From IMG/VR virus record IMGVR_UViG_3300033049_000066, positions 62,001 through 126,000 of that record: DNA of 64,000 nt, one strand, 5' to 3'. A model generated the notes under the pieces. The model saw only the letters and a program-made list of their open reading frames with translations, had not been told where the DNA came from and searched no databases. The position numbers and the translations under genes were made by a program. Positions 10,211 to 18,396 of the stretch are shown here, in pieces (the stretch's first letter is position 1; every line of letters starts with the position of its first letter).

Positions 10211-10585
10211 ATGGCAGGAAAACAGACATATAGGTCAGCAAATGGTCAGACAATTGACATGGAACGAATCATGTTAAAGAATGAAGGCGTGCGGGCAGTT
10301 GGGAACATGAGTGTCAATGCTCGTGGGGATGTAGTCGACAGCAATAATAAAACTATAGAGACACGCTCGGCACAAGTTAATAAGAATTATAGAAAACAAA
10401 CTGCAAACGTCGTAAAAGATACACCAATTAAGTCAAAGATAAATGTAGATAAAGTTGAAGAATCTATTACAGGGCTTGATGAGGTGCAAGAACCAGTTAA
10501 AGAACCAGTTAAAGAACCAGTTAAAGATACTACAAAAAAAGGCGGCCTAGCCGGCGCAATAGCGAAAGCATCCAAAAAGAAATGA
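10211..10585 (+). CDS. hypothetical late protein
   Basis: GAGG RBS, late motif at 10178, (EPVK)x3 repeat. Confidence 0.7.
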   Translation: MAGKQTYRSANGQTIDMERIMLKNEGVRAVGNMSVNARGDVVDSNNKTIETRSAQVNKNYRKQTANVVKDTPIKSKINVDKVEESITGLDEVQEPVKEPVKEPVKDTTKKGGLAGAIAKASKKK

Positions 10586-10595
10586 GTGAGGAATC

Positions 10596-11018
10596 ATGGC
10601 AACAGTAGTAACATATAGAGCAAATAGCGTACACGCAATTAAAGACCACGTCTTAGTGAAGGGGATGGAATTTAACGAACGCATTACGCAAGGCGGAATC
10701 ATCATACCAGGCGACGACGGAAAGTCCTCAGGAATCAAACCACGATGGGCGGAAGTGATAGCCGTCGGCCCCAAGCAGAAAGATATAAAAGTGGGAGAGT
10801 GGGTGCTAGTGGACCACGGGCGATGGACACGAGGCATCACAATGGTGGTCGGCGGTGAAGATCTTGAGCTACGTCGAGTTGACGTTGACGATATACTTTT
10901 AGTCGATGACGAATCTCACAGCAATGAATCACAGTCCTCTGCGGTCATCGGAGATTCCAACATTCACAGAATTGAAGGGTCGATGCACAATCATGACGGT
11001 GGCGGCATACTTGATTGA
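10596..11018 (+). CDS. divergent GroES-like co-chaperonin
   Basis: TQGGIIIP...AEVIAVGP...IKVGEWVLV with acidic C-terminal extension. Confidence 0.85.
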   Translation: MATVVTYRANSVHAIKDHVLVKGMEFNERITQGGIIIPGDDGKSSGIKPRWAEVIAVGPKQKDIKVGEWVLVDHGRWTRGITMVVGGEDLELRRVDVDDILLVDDESHSNESQSSAVIGDSNIHRIEGSMHNHDGGGILD

Positions 11019-11031
11019 GATAAATAACATT

Positions 11032-11346
11032 ATGAAATCACTAAAACACATTATGGAAGACGTCATTGATGACGACATGCGCGACACCGATAAACGCCGA
11101 GCCCGTCTCAAAGCAGAAGTTGAAGCAGGCATGGTCCCCGGTATTTACAATGCCTCCAGCAACGCAGACCCAGTATACACAATGGGCGACTTAGAAGCAC
11201 TTGGGTGGATGAGTCAAACTTATACACACGATAGCAGCGGCGAAGTTGACGGATGGGAACGTGATTACTTCGGCCCCAAACCAGTTAAGATTCTCAACCG
11301 CGCTGGACGCTCACGTGTTCTCAACCCAGGCGATCTCCTAGATTAA
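11032..11346 (+). CDS. hypothetical late protein (possible internal head protein)
   Basis: ATG directly after ATAAATA (11020); MKSLKHIME N-terminus. Confidence 0.55.
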   Translation: MKSLKHIMEDVIDDDMRDTDKRRARLKAEVEAGMVPGIYNASSNADPVYTMGDLEALGWMSQTYTHDSSGEVDGWERDYFGPKPVKILNRAGRSRVLNPGDLLD

Positions 11347-11364
11347 ATTACTTAGCCAGACTAC

Positions 11365-11394
11365 TTGACCTCCTCCCTGGACTTATGTTACAAT
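11365..11394 (+). promoter_or_regulatory. sigma70-like early promoter
   Basis: TTGACC-N18-TACAAT with TG extension. Confidence 0.65.
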
Positions 11395-11413
11395 AAGCCA
11401 TAGGAGATTTTTA

Positions 11414-12346
11414 ATGGCAATAAAACAATTATGGACGGAATTATACCGGCCTAGCACAGTAGACGGATATGTTTTTCGAGACGACGCACAAAAAGTACAA
11501 ATTGAGAAGTGGATAGAAGAAAAATCAATTCCGCATCTTTTATTTAGCGGACCGGCCGGGACAGGGAAGACGTCACTTGCTAAGATTTTAATCAACGGCT
11601 GCGACGTTAACGAGTTTGACGTTAAGGAAATCAACGCAAGTAGAGACAACGGCGTAGATTACATTCGCGACACAATCGAAGGCTTCGTGCAGACAATGCC
11701 ATTTGGTGAATTTAAGGTGGTACTCTTAGATGAAGCAGATTATCTATCACCAAACGCACAAGCGGTACTTCGCGGCTTGATGGAAAAGTACGCACAATCA
11801 GCTCGCTTTATTTTAACGTGTAACTTTCCAAACAAAATTATCGGTGCCCTGCATTCACGCTGCCAGGGATTTCACATCAATAAAATTGACCCAACAGAAT
11901 TTACAGCACGGGTCGCAGAGGTTTGCATCGCCGAGGAAGTTGAATTCGACCTCGACACTTTAGACAGCTATGTAAAATCAACGTACCCGGACTTGCGAAA
12001 ATGTTTGAATCTTGTGCAAATGAATTCAACAACAGGCAAGCTAGACCAAGCTAACGTCAATGATACAGGCGGTGGAAGTGATGAGTGGAAACTCGCTGCG
12101 GTCGGACTGATGAAACAGCAGAAGTACACAAAGGCACGAGAAGTTATATGCGCAAGTATACGCCCAGAGGAGATTGAAGGCGTATACAGATGGATGTACG
12201 AGACACTTGAGCTATGGGGCGACACAGAAGAAAAACAAGATGCGGCGATACTAGTTATCCGCACCGGGTTAGTGAACCACACGCTAGTGGCCGACCCTGA
12301 AATAAACCTTGCTGCTTGCCTCATTGAATTAACACAACTAGATTAA
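11414..12346 (+). CDS. sliding-clamp loader AAA+ subunit (gp44/RFC-like)
   Basis: WTELYRP, GPAGTGKT, INAS, LLDEAD, SRC motifs. Confidence 0.95.
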   Translation: MAIKQLWTELYRPSTVDGYVFRDDAQKVQIEKWIEEKSIPHLLFSGPAGTGKTSLAKILINGCDVNEFDVKEINASRDNGVDYIRDTIEGFVQTMPFGEFKVVLLDEADYLSPNAQAVLRGLMEKYAQSARFILTCNFPNKIIGALHSRCQGFHINKIDPTEFTARVAEVCIAEEVEFDLDTLDSYVKSTYPDLRKCLNLVQMNSTTGKLDQANVNDTGGGSDEWKLAAVGLMKQQKYTKAREVICASIRPEEIEGVYRWMYETLELWGDTEEKQDAAILVIRTGLVNHTLVADPEINLAACLIELTQLD

Positions 12347-12358
12347 TAAGGAGAACAC

Positions 12359-12721
12359 ATGAGATATTTTATAGTATCGTACTACAAGCAACCAACCGGC
12401 AAGATTAATGAAGCAGTTAAACTTGACACAAAAGTTAGAATGAAAGACTTACAGCAATCATCCGTCATCCTGGACTACAAAACTCGCAAGGTCGTCAAGT
12501 CCAACTTTGAGGAAGAGCTCGGCAAAGACAGGCAGCACGACTTCGAGACCATCCACGATTTTTACAAAGGGCACTACACGCAACTAATTTCACAGCTCGA
12601 AGCGAAGTACGAGGTCCTTCAGCAAGCCCTAGACATGGCGAAAACTATTGTAGACGAAGAAAACATTGAGAAAGTGACAAAAACCTTGGAAAATGCTGCG
12701 AAGGACGAAGCAGGTGTTTAA
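12359..12721 (+). CDS. hypothetical protein
   Basis: AAGGAG RBS, 120 aa. Confidence 0.65.
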   Translation: MRYFIVSYYKQPTGKINEAVKLDTKVRMKDLQQSSVILDYKTRKVVKSNFEEELGKDRQHDFETIHDFYKGHYTQLISQLEAKYEVLQQALDMAKTIVDEENIEKVTKTLENAAKDEAGV

Positions 12722-12980
12722 TGGTCCGCTAGCGATGATGGCAGCATTTTGCGTGGTGAGCCTGCGGGCATTTCAGCAGCAAAATGTCATTCACGGATAT
12801 TATAAGTGGGCAGCCGCCACAAGTTATGCCCTGGCGTTTGCTGACATCGCCATCGTGCTGGCTGTGGTTCAAATTGGCTGGTCGGCTGTATTGTGGATTG
12901 GAAGCGGCGGCGCACTAGGCGTAACATTTGCGATGTTTATACATAAAAAGTACATATATAAAGAACGTGCATCAAATTAA
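12693..12980 (+). CDS. small membrane protein
   Basis: about 3 hydrophobic segments; start uncertain. Confidence 0.55.
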   Translation: MLRRTKQVFNGPLAMMAAFCVVSLRAFQQQNVIHGYYKWAAATSYALAFADIAIVLAVVQIGWSAVLWIGSGGALGVTFAMFIHKKYIYKERASN

Positions 12981-13348
12981 TAATTACTACCACCAGCTGC
13001 GCTACAGCCACCGCAAGATCCGCCTTGTGCTGTATTTGAAAAAGCATTTTTAAATACAAAATGCGGATCGTTAGTTTTATCGTTGTAGTCGATTTGTACG
13101 CCACGCAAGAAACTTAGTGCCACGGCGTCGATATATAATAACAATCCATTTTGTTTAAGCACTGCATCGTACTCTGATGGCTTGTCAGAGAATGTCATTC
13201 CGTAAGTCATACCAGAACATCCACCTCCCGAAACAAAAATTCTTACACCGGTCTTATCATCTTCTTCTGCGATATATTGTACCAATGTTTCTGTAGCTAG
13301 ATCTGACACAATGACTTCGTCTGTTAATTTTGTTATAAATTTTGACAT
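12977..13348 (-). CDS. second A-type Fe-S carrier (ErpA/IscA/HesB family)
   Basis: GVRIFVSGGGCSGMTYGMTF ... SCGGC. Confidence 0.9.
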   Translation of the reverse strand: MSKFITKLTDEVIVSDLATETLVQYIAEEDDKTGVRIFVSGGGCSGMTYGMTFSDKPSEYDAVLKQNGLLLYIDAVALSFLRGVQIDYNDKTNDPHFVFKNAFSNTAQGGSCGGCSAAGGSNY

Positions 13349-13350
13349 TA

Positions 13351-14196
13351 CTAATCAATCACCGGTGGTTTTGGTAGTGCGGTTATCACTGCACTTGTAT
13401 CAGCTGAGATTGTAAAATTATCTATATAGAAATACGTGTTCTCATCGAATCCTGAATTCGACCAGCCAAAAATATACCCAGCGTCAAACCCTGTAATACC
13501 ATTGTCGGAATACCAATGCCCATTATGTATGTTGATTATCTTTGTAGTTATTCCGTTGCCGTTGGTCTTCCAGATTTCGTAAACACCGTCATTGTTTGCA
13601 CTGGTCGCATACTTCATGTGTATTTTCAAATGCATCCATTTGCCACGGTCCGCCCGTACAATGCCATTACTGGTTTGCCCGTTGCTACAAGTGCTACACC
13701 ACCAATTTACTGTATTCTTCTGACCATTTAATCCGTTCCGATGGTAGGCAATAAATCTACTGGTTCCATCACTATTTGCCCACAAATGTCCACCAAGTTT
13801 CGTAACAGTTTTATCACGATACTCACCTGTCCACATCCATACATAGGCTTTGTTGTTATCTGATCCAGGACCCTTGCGATGATAGTAATTTGATGGGACA
13901 TACAGATCATATTCGATCCACAACTCTCGATGCCTCGATGTTAGTTTAAACCGTTGTTCGGAAAAAGAGTCTTTGCCTATCGGTACCCCAGGGTAGCTAA
14001 ATTTCAGTGAGTATTTTCCACTTTTCGCCCTATCAGATGAGATGGATGATTTTACACCAGCCTGCCATCTAAATCCACTATTATTAACGAGTGAGCCAGA
14101 TTCAAAGCTAGTGGCATAAATTTCACCGGCTTGAACACTGCTAGCAAATATTAATAATAAAGCAGCAGTAAATTGTAATAATTTGTAAGTAAACAT
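13351..14196 (-). CDS. secreted beta-jelly-roll protein, polysaccharide-lyase-like
   Basis: signal peptide ending VQA; SDRAKSGKYSLKF, ELWIEYDLYVP, GKWMHLKIH, GVYEIW, YIDNFTIS; late motif CATAAATA on minus strand at 14231-14238. Confidence 0.65.
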   Translation of the reverse strand: MFTYKLLQFTAALLLIFASSVQAGEIYATSFESGSLVNNSGFRWQAGVKSSISSDRAKSGKYSLKFSYPGVPIGKDSFSEQRFKLTSRHRELWIEYDLYVPSNYYHRKGPGSDNNKAYVWMWTGEYRDKTVTKLGGHLWANSDGTSRFIAYHRNGLNGQKNTVNWWCSTCSNGQTSNGIVRADRGKWMHLKIHMKYATSANNDGVYEIWKTNGNGITTKIINIHNGHWYSDNGITGFDAGYIFGWSNSGFDENTYFYIDNFTISADTSAVITALPKPPVID

Positions 14197-14264
14197 AATT
14201 TTATCCTAGTTGGGCAGTAATCTGCCATAGTATTTATGCCGTTTTTGCTAGCTAATGAGGATAT

Positions 14265-14507
14265 TTATGCTATGTCTGCGTACATTCCTAGCACCGCGCC
14301 GATGATCTTGTGACGTTGTATGTCACAAGCGGTAAGCTCGCAGGTCGTGATCCCACCAACGGGGCTGTTGAGACGTTCGCACAGATCTATAAGCCCATTG
14401 TCTTTCTTACGTTTGTCAGTCTGTTCCACATCGCCAGTCACTACGATTTTACTACCCTCGCCTATGCGGGTGAGGAGCATTTTCATCTGACCGGGAGTAG
14501 CGTTCTG
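14265..14507 (-). pseudogene. phoH: displaced original 3' portion of phoH
   Basis: reads QNATPGQMKMLLTRIGEGSKIVVTGDVEQ... directly after an in-frame TAG; paralogous to the C-terminus of 15513-16244. Confidence 0.85.
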
Positions 14508-15755
14508 CTATAAATAAAAGTATGGACATCTATAAACATTTATGCACGAAGCCTCATAATTCACACCATCTCAAGCGTTATTATCAATTTTTGATTGAAT
14601 GCAGAGAACACAATGTGACTATCATAACTAATAAAGAAGTACACCATATATGCCCTAAGGCATCTGATTTATTTCCGGAGTTTAGTAATCTAAATTTGTA
14701 TGACTGGAATAAAATTGAGTTAACCTATCGTCAACATTTAATCGCACATTGGATGCTCTGGAAAGCGTATGGTGGCTCACAAGCCTACGCATTCTATGCA
14801 ATGAACAATCAAGTGAGCAAACGAGATGGGTGTAGAGTATGTCATAGTAAAATATATGAACAGGCTAAACTTGATGCTAGTATTACAATATCAAATACAA
14901 ACAGAGGATTCGCAGTATATGTTGATTCTGAAGGGCACAAAATTCGGTGCAAAATTAATGATTACCGAGTTAAAAATGGAACGTTGACATCGACTAGCAA
15001 AGGCCGCCAGTATACAGCACGTAGTGAAGAATCAAGAGCCCGGACTAGTGCATCTCTTAAAGGTAAGACTTACGGGCCTATGCAGGTTAGGCATCGGATA
15101 TTACGAAGAAAAATAAAAGTCCAGAAAGAATTGTTTTTCGATCAAAAAGAATATAAGTTTGAAATGATAGATAACTTGTATATTAATGCAAATCATATAA
15201 AGGTATTTACAAACGGCAGGCAGGTGTGGAACACCGACGGTAAGTATCGGCGGGTTAGCATAAAATTACCAATTTCTCCTCCTGGATGGTCATTTATTAA
15301 TCCTAAAATAATAATCAAGGCATTGGATATTACCGACACTAACTTTACAAGTTATATTGAGTGTTTCGGGACCGATTTGCCAAGTAAATATCATACACTA
15401 AGTTTATGCAAAATAGGAAAAGTGATGTTATATTGCACAACATTAATGAAAAATATTTACATTGACAAGGACAGTATTGCTACATACGGAATTCCCAGTA
15501 ATTGTACTCTGCCTAATCGCTGTACATTGCGATAATACTATCAATTATTGGGTGCCTGCAAATATCCTTTCGTTCCAGCTGACACGCTGCAATTGCTTTA
15601 TTCGGGTGTTGTTTTAACCGAGCTAATAGATCGGTTAACCCGTTACCTTTTGTAAATTTCTTATCGACTTGCTCAAGATCTCCGGTTATTACGATTTTAC
15701 TTCCTTTGCCGATACGTGTTAGCAGCATCTCCATTTGATTAACTGATGTCGACTG
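14508..15755. mobile_element. homing-endonuclease element carrying a replacement phoH 3' end
   Basis: HNH gene with its own TATAAATA (14509-14516) plus a divergent phoH C-terminus, inserted after the phoH DE-F codons. Confidence 0.75.
14522..15535 (+). CDS. HNH homing endonuclease
   Basis: EVHHICPK...NKIELTYRQHLIAHWML HNH motif; NUMOD3-like RSEESRARTSASLKGK. Confidence 0.85.
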   Translation: MDIYKHLCTKPHNSHHLKRYYQFLIECREHNVTIITNKEVHHICPKASDLFPEFSNLNLYDWNKIELTYRQHLIAHWMLWKAYGGSQAYAFYAMNNQVSKRDGCRVCHSKIYEQAKLDASITISNTNRGFAVYVDSEGHKIRCKINDYRVKNGTLTSTSKGRQYTARSEESRARTSASLKGKTYGPMQVRHRILRRKIKVQKELFFDQKEYKFEMIDNLYINANHIKVFTNGRQVWNTDGKYRRVSIKLPISPPGWSFINPKIIIKALDITDTNFTSYIECFGTDLPSKYHTLSLCKIGKVMLYCTTLMKNIYIDKDSIATYGIPSNCTLPNRCTLR

Positions 15756-16244
15756 AAACTCATCACCGATGATCCACGAGTGCTTGAAGGTACGACCCCT
15801 CATGAATGCTAGCGGAGCGATTTCCACGACCCCGGTCTCGAGCATTTTTGTAATTTCAAACGCGGAGTAATATTCGCGCATGACATCCAACAGGGGGCGC
15901 GTCCAGGGTGCCATCTTTTCTTCGAGTGTACCAGGTAAGAATCCGTGTTTTTCATCCTCAACGCCGACAGCTGGCCTAGTTAGCACGATACGTTCTATCT
16001 CACTTAGTCGTAATTTTTTAATCGCAGCTAGCATAGCAAGATAAGTCTTACCTGTGCCTGCCGGCCCATGCGCAATGACTATATCTTGCGTATCGTCTAG
16101 TAAGCCTATTATGTATTTTTCCTGGTTGAGCGATTTTGGAATTAGCTGAGTATCTCTAGCCTTGGTTTTTGCTTTTACAGCGTCATTGAAACTGACGACA
16201 CTGCGGGAATTCTTGTGTTGCATTTTCTTTCTAGGTTTTGCCAA
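15513..16244 (-). CDS. phoH: PhoH-like ATPase
   Basis: GPAGTGKT, LTRPAV, GFLPG, FMRGRTF, LLTRIG, GD motifs. Confidence 0.95.
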   Translation of the reverse strand: MAKPRKKMQHKNSRSVVSFNDAVKAKTKARDTQLIPKSLNQEKYIIGLLDDTQDIVIAHGPAGTGKTYLAMLAAIKKLRLSEIERIVLTRPAVGVEDEKHGFLPGTLEEKMAPWTRPLLDVMREYYSAFEITKMLETGVVEIAPLAFMRGRTFKHSWIIGDEFQSTSVNQMEMLLTRIGKGSKIVITGDLEQVDKKFTKGNGLTDLLARLKQHPNKAIAACQLERKDICRHPIIDSIIAMYSD

Positions 16245-16380
16245 TGAATATCTCCTGTGTTGTTAATTTATTTAACAATAAAACCACCACCGCAGTATGA
16301 GCACTTAAATGATGCTTTTCTATGATAAATATAGATGGTTCCATTAAATAGCAACCGCACATGAAGTCATAAATAACATT

Positions 16381-16968
16381 ATGAATGACGAATTATTTAA
16401 ATCAGACACAGACTTTTGGGCAATCGCAGATACTATAAAAAATATTTATATGTCAGATGGCGCATTAACTACATTACTTGATTTTGAAGGGGTTTTAGAT
16501 GAGTGTGATATTTACGCATTTAAAAACTGGATACTAGGTGAATTAGTTGAGGGGCCGGAAATTAGCCGGTACTCAGTAGCATGTACTTTTATGTGGCCCG
16601 GTCATTTAATGCCAGATCCAAAAGGTGCAAAACGCTTGCTACCATTCGATTGCAAGGTTAAATTTAAAAAGACAAAAATGAAAGTACCGCGCAAGGTTGA
16701 AGATGAATCAGACTTCCGCCCAGGTATACACAAACCTATACTAGACGCTATGCCAATTTGGTTAGTTGAGATTACTATGCCAAAAGATTTAATTGCAGAT
16801 ATACGAAGCGGGAGTATCGAATTAGAGGGCCAAGAAATTGACCTTGAAGACTTAGACCTTGGTTATGAAGAAGATTTAGATCAAGCAGCAACTATCGATA
16901 ACAACGAAGAAGAGTTACAAGACGAAGCCCAAGAACAAGACGAAGCAGATGAAAATCCATTTGCGTAA
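16381..16968 (+). CDS. hypothetical late protein with acidic tail
   Basis: CATAAATA at 16368; 195 aa. Confidence 0.7.
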   Translation: MNDELFKSDTDFWAIADTIKNIYMSDGALTTLLDFEGVLDECDIYAFKNWILGELVEGPEISRYSVACTFMWPGHLMPDPKGAKRLLPFDCKVKFKKTKMKVPRKVEDESDFRPGIHKPILDAMPIWLVEITMPKDLIADIRSGSIELEGQEIDLEDLDLGYEEDLDQAATIDNNEEELQDEAQEQDEADENPFA

Positions 16969-16983
16969 TAGGCGATATGACAT

Positions 16984-17589
16984 ATGACTAAAAAATTAAA
17001 TGAAGGGTTGGAATATAAAGATATGGTGGATATGATTAAGCCTACAGTATACATTGATGAATTCACCAGCAAGGTTGGCGAAGATGATGCTTATGTTGTA
17101 CTGAGTTTTTATGTACACAATATTATTGTCGCAGAAGATCTAGTTAATTGGTTTGAAACTGGTTATACATTCATCGTAGATGCAGACCGCAGCCTAGGCG
17201 AAATTGAACCCAATCGTTACCTTGTTTTTGCGGAAATCCAGCGCAGAACCCAGCTTGTCGCTCAGCTTAAAGAGATGCTTGAAGATTTTAGCACACTAAC
17301 CGACCTAGAATTAGAGGATTGGGACATAAATTACGATGGAATTGACTACAAATTCGACGCCGACGTACTTGGCGAAGTCCTACTACTTAGCCCACAGTCT
17401 TACCGAGAAGTTCACGAAGTTGAGCTAAATGAAATGCGCATCGCAGCTGGGCTAAAACATAAAAACGTGTACAACAGCACCGACGCAGCAATCAATAATA
17501 TTCGCACAGCAGCAAACCTACCTACTAGGCAAAACCCAGTTACTGACGAAGATCTTAAACAAATGCAACGAAACGCACGAATTATCTAA
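16984..17589 (+). CDS. hypothetical late protein
   Basis: 201 aa; LNE motifs at both ends. Confidence 0.7.
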   Translation: MTKKLNEGLEYKDMVDMIKPTVYIDEFTSKVGEDDAYVVLSFYVHNIIVAEDLVNWFETGYTFIVDADRSLGEIEPNRYLVFAEIQRRTQLVAQLKEMLEDFSTLTDLELEDWDINYDGIDYKFDADVLGEVLLLSPQSYREVHEVELNEMRIAAGLKHKNVYNSTDAAINNIRTAANLPTRQNPVTDEDLKQMQRNARII

Positions 17590-17613
17590 AAACATCTATT
17601 CTTCTTATCACAC

Positions 17614-17889
17614 GCTAACTCATTGATTTATATAAGGTTCTAGCATTTATTGAATCAGAGTAATATATTGGTAAGTTATTGATTTATATAAGAATACTGG
17701 TTCTTAGCGGCGTTTTTAAACGGCATTCACGTATCAGTACCAGTAAAACATAACAAAACAGCCCTAAAATAATCTAAAATAATTGCAAATAACCGCAAAT
17801 AGAGGTTGACCTTTGGCGCTAGTTGTCATATAATATATATAACAGTTAGGCAATGACGCTTTAACGCAACTTAAGAGATAAAGATTATG
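17614..17889 (+). repeat. dispersed non-coding repeat, copy 1 (two IHF-consensus sites plus early promoter)
   Basis: near-identical to 22866-23065 and 61473-61746; TTGACC(17806)-N17-TATAAT(17829). Confidence 0.9.
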
Positions 17890-18393
17890 ACTAAAATAGT
17901 AGACTATCGCATCACATCTTTCTTTAACCGTTATCATCAAAAGGTACTAAATAATCCGACATTGTACGTGTCGGGCGACTCAACCGTTAATGTCATACTA
18001 CCATCTGATTTGTTAGAGTATGCGAATGCAGCAGCTGGACATACTGGTTTTGGTTCTGGGGCAAGAGCTCGTGGTATTAGACAGCAGGTAAAAAATGCTA
18101 ACCTTGCCATTAAGGATATCTTCAATAGTATTGACAGTTTAATTACGTTTTTAGAATCTTCGGAATGCAACGCAGAAGCATATATTCAAGGGATAAAAGA
18201 AAAGCACCAAAGCGTTACTGTAAAAAATCAGTCGTTAGTTAGTGTTGACAATCGATCTGCCGATCAACATTTTAAATTGTTACATGCAAAGATTGATATT
18301 AACAGATTAGTGTTAAAATTCGGTTACGATGTAGTACTTGAGGCTCGAAAATTACTTACTATTAATGAATTTGAATTACGATTTGGAGTTTAG
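17887..18393 (+). CDS. hypothetical early protein
   Basis: first gene after the repeat promoter. Confidence 0.7.
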   Translation: MTKIVDYRITSFFNRYHQKVLNNPTLYVSGDSTVNVILPSDLLEYANAAAGHTGFGSGARARGIRQQVKNANLAIKDIFNSIDSLITFLESSECNAEAYIQGIKEKHQSVTVKNQSLVSVDNRSADQHFKLLHAKIDINRLVLKFGYDVVLEARKLLTINEFELRFGV

Positions 18394-18396
18394 ACA

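Noticed and set aside
14508-15755. group I intron in phoH
   Set aside because: the interval is fully occupied by a second phoH 3' end and an antisense HNH gene, leaving no space for a ribozyme core
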